Assembly (NCBI GenBank): GCA_964016885.1 | Contig: OZ024744.1 | Coordinates: forward strand, 46,934,001 to 46,998,000 | Reading direction: 5' to 3' | From: Eledone cirrhosa | Lineage: Eukaryota | DNA: 64,000 nt | Shown: piece by piece, positions 53,101-64,000 of the stretch | Layout: each line of letters starts with the position of its first letter | Numbering within the stretch: position 1 is the stretch's first letter | Notes under the pieces: model-generated | Told to the model about the DNA's origin: nothing | What the model saw: the letters and a program-made list of their open reading frames with translations, nothing else | The model's database searches: none | Translations under genes and position numbers: made by a program

Positions 53101-56100
53101 ACTTCACAGTGTGGGCTGGGTGCTTTTTGCTGTGTTTTTCACATGTCCACTTTATAGTGTGGGCTGGGTGCTTTTTGCAGTGTCTTTGACACGTCCACTT
53201 TACAGTTTGAGCTGGGTGCTTTTTGCTGTTTCTTTCACATGTCCACTTTACAATGTGGGCTGGGTGCTTTTTGCTGTGTCTTTCACATGTCCACTTTACA
53301 ATGTTGGCATGGTGCTTTTTGCTGTGTCTTTCACATGTCCACTTTACAGTGTGGGCTGGGCGCTTTTTGCAGTGTCTTTCACACGTCAACTTTACAGTGT
53401 GCGCTGGGTGCTTTTTACTGTGTCTTTCACATGTCCATTTACAGTGTGGGCTGGGTGCTTTTTGCTGTGTCTTTCACATGTCCACTTTACAGTGTGGGCT
53501 GGGTGCTTTTTGCTGTGTCTTTCACATGTCCACTTTACAATGTGCGCCGGGTGCTTTTTGCTGTGTCTTTCACATGTCCACTTTACAGTGTTGGCTGGGT
53601 GCTTGTTGCTGTGTCTTTCTCACGTCCACTTTACAGTGTGGGCTGGGTGCTTTTTGCTTTGTCTTTTACACGTCAACTTTACAGTGTGGGCTGGGTGCTT
53701 TTTGCTGTGTCTTTCACATGTCCACTTTACAGTGTGGGCTGTGTGCTTTTTGCAGTGTCTTTCACACGTCAATTTTACAGTGTGGGCTGGGTGCTTTTTG
53801 CTGTGTCTTTCACACGTTTACTTTACAGTGTGGGCTGGGTGTTTTTGCTGTGTCTTTCACATATCCACTTTACAGTGTGGGCTGTGTGCTTTTTGCAGTG
53901 TCTTTGACACGTCCACTTTACAGTGTGGGCTGGGTGCTTTTTGCTGTGTCTTTCACATATACACTTTACAGTGTGGGCTGGGTGCTTTTTGCTGTGTCTT
54001 TCACACGTCCACTTTACAGTGTGGGCTGGGTGCTTTTTGCTGTGTCTTTCAAACGTCCACTTTACAGTGTGGGCTGGGTGCTTTTTGCTGTGTCTTTCAC
54101 ACGTCCACTTTACAGTGTGGGCAGGGTGCTTTTTGCTGTGTTTTTCACATGTCCACTTTACAATGTGGGCTGGGTGCTTTTTGCTGTGTCTTTCACATGT
54201 CCACTTTACAGTGTGGGCTGGGTGCTTCTTGCAGTGTCTTTCACACGTCCACTCTACAGTGTGGGCTGGGTGCTTTTTGCTGTGTCTTTCACATGTCCAC
54301 TTTACAGTGTGGGCTGGGTGCTTTTTGCTGTGTCTTTCACATGTCCACTTTATAGTGTGGGCTGGGTGCTTTTTGCAGTGTCTTTCACACGTCCACTTTA
54401 CAGTTTGAGCTGGGTGCTTTTGCTGTGTCTTTCACTGTCCACTTTACAATGTGGGCTGGGTGCTTTTTGCTGTGTCTTTCACATGTCCACTTTACAATGT
54501 GGGCTGGGTGCTTTTTGCTGTGTTTTCACATGTCCACTTTACAGTGTGGGCTGGGCGCTTTTTGCAGTGTCTTTCACACGTCAACTTTACAGTGTGGGCT
54601 GGGTGCTTTTTACTGTGTCTTTCACATGTCCACTTTACAGTGTGGGCTGGGTGCTTTTTGCTGTATCTTTCACATGTCCACTTTACAGTGTGGGCTGGGT
54701 GCTTTTTGCTGTGTCTTTCACATGTCCACTTTACAGCGTGGGCTGGGTGCTTTTTGCTGTATCTTTCACATGTCCACTTTACAGTGTGGGCTGGGTGCTT
54801 TTTGCTGTGTCTTTCACATGTCCACTTTACAGTGTGGGCTGGGTGCTTTTTGCAGTGTCTTTCACACGTCCACTTTACAGTGTGGGCTGGGTGCTTTTTG
54901 CTGTGGCTTTCAAACGTCCACTTTACAGTGTGGGCTGGGTGCTTTTTGCTGTGTCTTTCACATGTCCACTTTACAGTGTGGGCTGGGTGCTTTTTGCTGT
55001 GTTTTTCACATATCCACTTTACAGTGTGGGCTGGGTGCTTTTTGCAGTGTCTTTCACACGTACACTTCACAGTGTGGGCTGGGTGCTTTTTGCTGTGTCT
55101 TTCACATGTCCACTTTACAATGTGGGCTGGGTGCTTTTTGCAGTCTCTTTCACATGTCCACTTTACAGTGTGGGCTGGTTGCTTCTTGCAGTGTCTTTCA
55201 CACGTCCACTCTACAGTGTGGGCTGGGTGCTTTCTGCTGTGTCTTTCACATGTCCACATTACAGTGTGGGCTGGGTGCTTTTTGCTGTGTCTTTCACATG
55301 TCCACTTTATAGTGTGGGCTGGGTACTTTTTGCAGTGTCTTTCACACGTCCACTTTACAGTTTGAGCTGGGTGCTTTTTGCTGTGTCTTTCACATGTCCA
55401 CTTTACAATGTGGGCTGGGTGCTTTTTGCTGTGTCTTTCTCACGTCCACTTTACAGTGTGGGCTGGGTGCTTTTTGCTTTGTCTTTCACACGTCAACTTT
55501 ACAGTGTGGGCTGTGTGCTTTTTGCAGTGTCTTTCACACGTCAATTTTACAGTGTGGGCTGGGTGCTTTTTGCTGTGTCTTTCACACGTTTACTTTACAG
55601 TGTGGGCCGGGTGTTTTTGCTGTGTCTTTCACATATCCACTTTACAGTGTGGGCTGTGTGCTTTTTGCAGTGTCTTTCACACGTCCACTTTACAGTGTGG
55701 GCTGGGTGATTTTTGCTGTGTCTTTCACATATCCACTTTACAGTGTGGGCTGGGTGCTTTTTGCTGTGTTTTTCACACGTCCACTTTACAGTGTGGGCTG
55801 GGTGCTTTTTGCTGTGTCTTTCAAACGTCCACTTTACAGTGTGGGCTGGGTGCTTTTTGCTGTGTCTTTCACACGTCCACTTTACAGTGTGGGCTGGGTG
55901 CTTTTTGCTGTGTTTTTCACATGTCCACTTTACAATGTGGGCTGGGTGCTTTTTGCTGTGTCTTTCACATGTCCACTTTACAGTGTGGGCTGGGTGCTTC
56001 TTGCAGTGTCTTTCACACGTCCACTCTACAGTGTGGGCTGGGTGCTTTTTGCTGTGTCTTTCACATGTCCACTTTACAATGTGGGCTGGGTGCTTTTTGC

Positions 56101-59100
56101 TGTGTCTTTCACATGTCCACTTTACAATGTGGGCTGGGTGCTTTTTGCTGTGTCTTTCACATGTCCACTTTACAGTGTGGGCTGGGTGCTTTTTGCTGTG
56201 TCTTTCACATGTCCACTTTACAGTGTGGGCTGGGTGCTTTTTGCTGTGTCTTTCACATGTCCACTTTACAGTGTGGGCTGGGTGCTTTTTGCTGTGTCTT
56301 TCACACGTCCACTTTACAGTGTGGGCTGGGTGCTTTTTGCTGTGTTTTTCACATGTCCACTTTACAATGTGGGCTGGGCGCTTTTTGCAGTGTCTTTCAC
56401 ATGTACATTTACAGTGTGGGCTGGGTGCTTTTTGCTGTGTCTTTCACATGTCCACTTTACAGTGTGGGCTGGGTGCTTTTTGCTGTGTCTTTCACATGTC
56501 CACTTTACAGTGTGGGCTGGGTGCTTTTTGCTGTGTCTTTCACATGTCCACTTTATAGTGTGGGCTGGGTGCTTTTTGCAGTGTCTTTCACACGTCCACT
56601 TTACAGTTTGAGCTGGGTGCTTTTTGCTGTGTCTTTCACATGTCCACTTTACAATGTGGGCTGGGTGCTTTTTGCTGTGTCTTTCACATGTCCACTTTAC
56701 AGTGTGGGCTGGGCGCTTTTTGCAGTGTCTTTCACACGTCAACTTTACAGTGTGGGCTGGGTGCTTTTTACTGTGTCTTTCACATGTCCACTTTACAGTG
56801 TGGGCTGGGTGCTTTTTGCTGTGTCTTTCACATGTCCACTTTACAGTGTGGGCTGGGTGCTTTTTGCAGTGTCTTTCACACGTCCACTTTACAGTGTGGG
56901 CTGGGTGCTTTTTGCTGTGTCTTTCACACGCCCACTTCACAGTGTGGGCTGGGTGCTTTTTGCTGTGTCTTTCACATGTCCACTTTACAATGTGGGCTGG
57001 GTGCTTTTTGCAGTCTCTTTCACATGTCCACTTTACAGTGTGGGCTGGGTGCTTATTGCAGTGTCTTTCACACGTCCACTCTACAGTGTGGGCTGGGTGC
57101 TTTTTGCTGTGTCTTTCACATGTCCACTTCACAGTGTGGGCTGGGTGCTTTTTGCTGTGTCTTTCACATGTCCACTTTATAGTGTGGGCTGGGTGCTTTT
57201 TGCAGTGTCTTTGACACGTCCACTTTACAGTTTGAGCTGGGTGCTTTTTGCTGTTTCTTTCACATGTCCACTTTACAATGTGGGCTGGGTGCTTTTTGCT
57301 GTGTCTTTCACACGTACACTTTACAGTGTGGGCTGGGTGCTTTTTGTTGTGTCTTTCACACGTCCACTTTACAGTGTGGGCTGGGTGCTTTTTGCTGTGT
57401 TTTTCACATGTCCACTTTACAATGTGGGCTGGGTGCTTTTTGCTGTGTCTTTCACATGTCCACTTTACAGTGTGGGCTGGGTGCTTCTTGCAGTGTCTTT
57501 CACACGTCCACTCTACAGTGTGGGCTGGGTGCTTTTTGCTGTGTCTTTCACATGTCCACTTTACAATGTGGGCTGGGTGCTTTTTGCTGTGTCTTTCACA
57601 TGTCCACTTTACAATGAGGGCTGGGTGCTTTTTGCTGTGTCTTTCACATGTCCACTTTACAGTGTGGGCTGGGTGCTTTTTGCTGTGTCTTTCACATGTC
57701 CACTTTACAGTGTGGGCTGGGTGCTTTTTGCTGTGTCTTTCACATGTCCACTTTACAGTGTGGGCTGGGTGCTTTTTGCTGTGTCTTTCACACGTCCACT
57801 TTACAGTGTGGGCTGGGTGCTTTTTGCTGTGTTTTTCACATGTCCACTTTACAATGTGGGCTGGGTGCTTTTTGCTGTGTCTTTCACATGTCCACTTTAC
57901 AGTGTGGGCTGGGTGCTTCTTGCAGTGTCTTTCACACGTCCACTCTACAGTGTGGGCTGGGTGCTTTTTGCTGTGTCTTTCACATGTCCACTTTACAGTG
58001 TGGGCTGGGTGCTTTTTGCTGTGTCTTTCACATGTCCACTTTATAGTGTGGGCTGGGTGCTTTTTGCAGTGTCTTTCACACGTCCACTTTACAGCTTGAG
58101 CTGGGTGCTTTTTGCTGTGTCTTTCACATGTCCACTTTACAATGTGGGCTGGGTGCTTTTTGCTGTGTCTTTCACATGTCCACTTTACAATGTGGGCTGG
58201 GTGCTTTTTGCTGTGTCTTTCACATGTCCACTTTACAGTGTGGGCTGGGCGCTTTTTGCAGTGTCTTTCACACGTCAACTTTACAGTGTGGGCTGGGTGC
58301 TTTTTACTGTGTCTTTCACATGTCCACTTTACAGTGTGGGCTGGGTGCTTTTTGCTGTGTCTTTCACATGTCCACTTTACAGTGTGGGCTGGGTGCTTTT
58401 TGCTGTGTCTTTCACATGTCCACTTTACAGTGTGGGCTGGGTGCTTTTTGCAGTGTCTTTCACACGTCCACTTTACAGTGTGGGCTGGGTGCTTTTTGCT
58501 GTGTCTTTCACACGCCCACTCAACAGTGTGGGCTGGGTGCTTTTTGCTGTGTCTTTCACATGTCCACTTTACAATGTGGGCTGGGTGCTTTTTGCAGTCT
58601 CTTTCACATGTCCACTTTACAGTGTGGGCTGGGTGCTTATTGCAGTGTCTTTCACACGTCCACTCTACAGTGTGGGCTGGGTGCTTTTTGCTGTGTCTTT
58701 CACATGTCCACTTCACAGTGTGGGCTGGGTGCTTTTTGCTGTGTTTTTCACATGTCCACTTTATAGTGTGGGCTGGGTGCTTTTTGCAGTGTCTTTGACA
58801 CGTCCACTTTACAGTTTGAGCTGGGTGCTTTTTGCTGTTTCTTTCACATGTCCACTTTACAATGTGGGCTGGGTGCTTTTTGCTGTGTCTTTCACATGTC
58901 CACTTTACAATGTTGGCTGGGTGCTTTTTGCTGTGTCTTTCACATGTCCACTTTACAGTGTGGGCTGGGCGCTTTTTGCAGTGTCTTTCACACGTCAACT
59001 TTACAGTGTGGGCTGGGTGCTTTTTACTGTGTCTTTCACATGTCCATTTACAGTGTGGGCTGGGTGCTTTTTGCTGTGTCTTTCACATGTCCACTTTACA

Positions 59101-62100
59101 GTGTGGGCTGGGTGCTTTTTGCTGTGTCTTTCACATGTCCACTTTACAATGTGCGCCGGGTGCTTTTTGCTGTGTCTTTCACATGTCCACTTTACAGTGT
59201 TGGCTGGGTGCTTGTTGCTGTGTCTTTCTCACGTCCACTTTACAGTGTGGGCTGGGTGCTTTTTGCTTTGTCTTTTACACGTCAACTTTACAGTGTGGGC
59301 TGGGTGCTTTTTGCTGTGTCTTTCACATGTCCACTTTACAGTGTGGGCTGTGTGCTTTTTGCAGTGTCTTTCACACGTCAATTTTACAGTGTGGGCTGGG
59401 TGCTTTTTGCTGTGTCTTTCACACGTTTACTTTACAGTGTGGGCTGGGTGTTTTTGCTGTGTCTTTCACATATCCACTTTACAGTGTGGCCTGTGTGCTT
59501 TTTGCAGTGTCTTTGACACGTCCACTTTACAGTGTGGGCTGGGTGCTTTTTGCTGTGTCTTTCACATATACACTTTACAGTGTGGGCTGGGTGCTTTTTG
59601 CTGTGTCTTTCACACGTCCACTTTACAGTGTGGGCTGGGTGCTTTTTGCTGTGTCTTTCAAACGTCCACTTTACAGTGTGGGCTGGGTGCTTTTTGCTGT
59701 GTCTTTCACACGTCCACTTTACAGTGTGGGCAGGGTGCTTTTTGCTGTGTTTTTCACATGTCCACTTTACAATGTGGGCTGGGTGCTTTTTGCTGTGTCT
59801 TTCACATGTCCATTTTACAGTGTGGGCTGGGTGCTTCTTGCAGTGTCTTTCACACGTCCACTCTACAGTGTGGGCTGGGTGCTTTTTGCTGTGTCTTTCA
59901 CATGTCCACTTTACAGTGTGGGCTGGGTGCTTTTTGCTGTGTCTTTCACATGTCCACTTTATAGTGTGGGCTGGGTGCTTTTTGCAGTGTCTTTCACACG
60001 TCCACTTTACAGTTTGAGCTGGGTGCTTTTGCTGTGTCTTTCACTGTCCACTTTACAATGTGGGCTGGGTGCTTTTTGCTGTGTCTTTCACATGTCCACT
60101 TTACAATGTGGGCTGGGTGCTTTTTGCTGTGTTTTCACATGTCCACTTTACAGTGTGGGCTGGGCGCTTTTTGCAGTGTCTTTCACACGTCAACTTTACA
60201 GTGTGGGCTGGGTGCTTTTTACTGTGTCTTTCACATGTCCACTTTACAGTGTGGGCTGGGTGCTTTTTGCTGTATCTTTCACATGTCCACTTTACAGTGT
60301 GGGCTGGGTGCTTTTTGCTGTGTCTTTCACATGTCCACTTTACAGCGTGGGCTGGGTGCTTTTTGCTGTATCTTTCACATGTCCACTTTACAGTGTGGGC
60401 TGGGTGCTTTTTGCTGTGTCTTTCACATGTCCACTTTACAGTGTGGGCTGGGTGATTTTTGCTGTGTCTTTCACATATCCACTTTACAGTGTGGGCTGGG
60501 TGCTTTTTGCTGTGGCTTTCAAACGTCCACTTTACAGTGTGGGCTGGGTGCTTTTTGCTGTGTCTTTCACACGTCCACTTTACAGTGTGGGCTGGGTGCT
60601 TTTTGCTGTGTTTTTCACATATCCACTTTACAGTGTGGGCTGGGTGCTTTTTGCAGTGTCTTTCACACGTACACTTCACAGTGTGGGCTGGGTGCTTTTT
60701 GCTGTGTCTTTCACATGTCCACTTTACAATGTGGGCTGGGTGCTTTTTGCAGTCTCTTTCACATGTCCACTTTACAGTGTGGGCTGGCTGCTTCTTGCAG
60801 TGTCTTTCACACGTCCACTCTACAGTGTGGGCTGGGTGCTTTTTGCTGTGTCTTTCACATGTCCACTTTATAGTGTGGGCTGGGTACTTTTTGCAGTGTC
60901 TTTCACACGTCCACTTTACAGTTTGAGCTGGGTGCTTTTTGCTGTGTCTTTCACATGTCCACTTTACAATGTGGGCTGGGTGCTTTTTGCTGTGTCTTTC
61001 ACATGTCCACTTTACAATGTGGGCTGGGTGCTTTTTGCTGTGTCTTTCACATGTCCACTTTACAGTGTGGGCTGTGTGATTTTGCTGTGTCTTTCACATG
61101 TCCACTTTACAGTGTGGGCTGGGTGCTTTTTGCTGTGTCTTTCACATGTCCACTTTACAGTGTGGGCTGGGTGCTTTTTGCTGTGTCTTTCACATGGCAC
61201 TTTACAATGTGGGCTGGGTGCTTTTTGCTGTGTCTTTCACATGTCCACTTTACAGTGTGGGCTGGGCGCTTTTTGCAGTGTCTTTCACACGTCAACTTTA
61301 CAGTGTGGGCTGGGTTCTTTTTACTGTGTCTTTCACATGTTCACTTTACAGTGTGGGCTGGGGCTTTTTGCTGTGTCTTTCACATGTCCACTTTACAGTG
61401 TTGGCTGGGTGCTTGTTGCTGTGTCTTTCTCACGTCCACTTTACAGTGTGGGCTGGGTGCTTTTTGCTTTGTCTTTCACACGTCAACTTTACAGTGTGGG
61501 CTGGGTGCTTTTTGCTGTGTCTTTCACATGTCCACTTTACAGTGTGGGCTGGGTGCTTTTTACTGTGTCTTTCACATGTCCACTTTACAGTTTGGGCTGG
61601 GTGCTTTTTGCTGTGTCTTTCACATGTCCACTTTACAGTGTGGGCTGGGTGCTTTTTGCTGTGTCTTTCACATGTCCACTTTACAATGTGCGCCGGGTGC
61701 TTTTTGCTGTGTCTTTCACATGTCCACTTTACAGTGTTGGCTGGGTGCTTGTTGCTGTGTCTTTCTCACGTCCACTTTACAGTGTGGGCTGGGTGCTTTT
61801 TGCTTTGTCTTTCACACGTCAACTTTACAGTGTGGGCTGGGTGCTTTTTGCTGTGTCTTTCACATGTCCACTTTACAGTGTGGGCTGTGTGCTTTTTGCA
61901 GTGTCTTTCACACGTCAATTTTACCGTGTGGGCTGGGTGCTTTTTCTGTGTCTTTCACACGTTTACTTTACAGTGTGGGCTGGGTGCTTTTTGCTGTGTC
62001 TTTCACATATCCACCATACAGTGTGGGCTGTGTGCTTTTTGCAGTGTCTTTCACACGTCCACTTTACAGTGTGGGCTGGGTGATTTTTGCTGTGTCTTTC

Positions 62101-64000
62101 ACATATCCACTTTACAGTGTGGGCTGAGTGCTTTTTGCTGTGTCTTTCACACGTCCACTTTACAGTGTGGGCTGGGTGCTTTTTGCTGTGTCTTTCACAC
62201 GTCCACTTTACAGTGTGGGCTGGGTGCTTTTTGCTGTGTTTTTCACATATCCACTTTACAGTGTGGGCTGGGTGCTTTTTGCAGTGTCTTTCACACGTCC
62301 ACTTTACAGTGTGGGCTGGGTGCTTTTTGCTGTGTCTTTCACATGTCCACTTTACAATGTGGGCTGGGTGCTTTTTGCAGTCTCTTTCACATATCCACTA
62401 TACAGTGTGGGCTGTGTGCTTTTTGCAGTGTCTTTCACACGTCCACTTTACAGTGTGGGCTGGGTGCTTTTTGCTGTGTCTTTCACATGTCCACTTTACA
62501 GTGTGGGCTGGGTGCTTTTTACTGTGTCTTTCACATGTCCACTTTACAGTGTGGGCTGGGTGCTTTTTGCTGTGTCTTTCACATGTCCACTTTACAGTGT
62601 GGGCTGGGTGCTTTTTGCTGTGTCTTTCACATGTCCACTTTACAGTGTGGGCTGGGTGCTTTTTTGCAGTGTCTTTCATACGTCCACTTTACAGTGTGGG
62701 CTGGGTGCTTTTTGCTGTGTCTTTCACACGTCCACTTTACAGTGTGGGCTGGGTGCTTCTTGCTGTGTCTTTCACATGTCCACTTTACAGTGTGGGCTGG
62801 GTGCTTTTTGCTGTGTCTTTCACATGTCCACTTTACAGTGTGGGCTGGGTGCTTTTAGTTGTGTCTTTCACATGTCCGCTTCACAGTGTGGGCTGGGTGC
62901 TTTTTGCTGTGTCTTTCACATGTCCACTTTACAGTGTGGGCTGGGTGCTTTTTGCTGTGTCTTTCACATGTCCACTTTACAGTGTGGGCTGGGTGCTTTT
63001 TGCTGTGTCTTTCACATGTCCAATTTACAGTGTGGGCTGGGTGCTTGTTGCTGTGTCTATCTCACGTCCACTTTACAATGTGGGCTGGGTGCTTTTTGCT
63101 GTGTCTTTCACATGTCCACTTTACAGTGTGGGCTGGGTGCTTTTTTCAGTGTCTTTCACACGTCCACTTTACAGTGTGGGCTGGGTGCTTTTTGCTGTGT
63201 CTTTCACATGTCCACTTTACATTGTGGGCTGGGTGCTTTTTGCTGTGTCTTTCACATGTCCACTTCACAGTGTGGGCTGGGTGCTTTTTGCTGTGTCTTT
63301 CACATGTCCACTTTACAATGTGGGCTGGGTGCTTTTTGCTGTGTCTTTCACATGTCCACTTTACAATGTTGGCTGGGTGCTTTTTGCTGTGTCTTTCACA
63401 TGTCCACTTTACAGTGTGGGCTGGGCGCTTTTTGCAGTGTCTTTCACATGTCCATTTACAGTGTGGGCTGGGTGCTTTTTGCTGTGTCTTTCACATGTCC
63501 ACTTTACAGTGTGGGCTGGGTGCTTTTTGCTGTGTCTTTCACATGTCCACTTTACAATGTGCGCCGGGTGCTTTTTGCTGTGTCTTTCACATGTCCACTT
63601 TACAGTGTTGGCTGGGTGCTTGTTGCTGTGTCTTTCACACGTCCACTTTACAGTGTGGGATGGGTGCTTGTTGCTGTGTCTTTCTCACGTCCACTTTACA
63701 GTGTGGGCTGGGTGCTTTTTGCTGTGTCTTTCACATGTCCACTTTACAGTGTGGGCTGGATGCTTTTTTCAGTGTCTTTCACACGTCCACTTTACAGTGT
63801 GGGCTGTGTGCTTTTTGCTGTGTCTTTCACATGTCCACTTTACAGTGTGGGCTGGGTGCTTTTTGCTGTGTCTTTCACATGTCCACTTCACAATGTGGGC
63901 TGAGTGCTTTTTGCTGTGTCTTTCACATGTCCACTTTACAATGTGGGCTGGGTGCTTTTTGCTGTGTCATTCACATGTCCACTTACAGTGTGGGCTGGGC
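32147..64000. repeat. 48-bp tandem satellite, ~660 monomers, continuing past the window end
   Basis: Consensus ccactttacagtgtgggctgggtgctttttgctgtgtctttcacatgt, with recurrent variant monomers and 1-bp deletions. Confidence 0.99.

Noticed and set aside
32119-63903. Very long Cys-rich or hydrophobic ORFs up to 2364 aa, and minus-strand TCERHSKKHPAHTVKW repeats
   Set aside because: The 48-bp monomer is a multiple of 3 and stop-free in four of six frames. ORFs switch peptide register at 1-bp deletions, so there is no sign of frame selection.
32147-64000. CRISPR-like array
   Set aside because: No unique spacers, no cas genes, and a eukaryotic context; this is a plain tandem satellite.

Overview
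Animal genomic DNA, very probably octopus (inferred from the effector-less '[11 protein letters not shown]...HTGEKP' zinc-finger array, the SINE types and the extreme (TA)n/(TG)n content; not verified by search). Bases 1-32 kb hold one real gene, a 23-finger C2H2 ZNF on the minus strand, inside a patchwork of transposons nested in (TA)n tracts. These include an apparently intact Penelope-like element (PLE; RT + GIY-YIG) with direct and inverted pseudo-LTRs, PLE relics, RTE, CR1/L2 and CRE LINE fragments, a tandem pair of non-autonomous Helitrons, MITEs and SINEs. Folding by eye reveals about ten unrelated type I hammerhead ribozyme (HHR) motifs in the first 24 kb, several inside near-perfect palindromic inserts. 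Bases 32.1-64 kb are a 48-bp satellite (~660 monomers) with nested higher-order periods. It grows directly out of a SINE copy, and unamplified relatives of that SINE are present in the window. The long ORFs in the satellite and microsatellites are artefacts.
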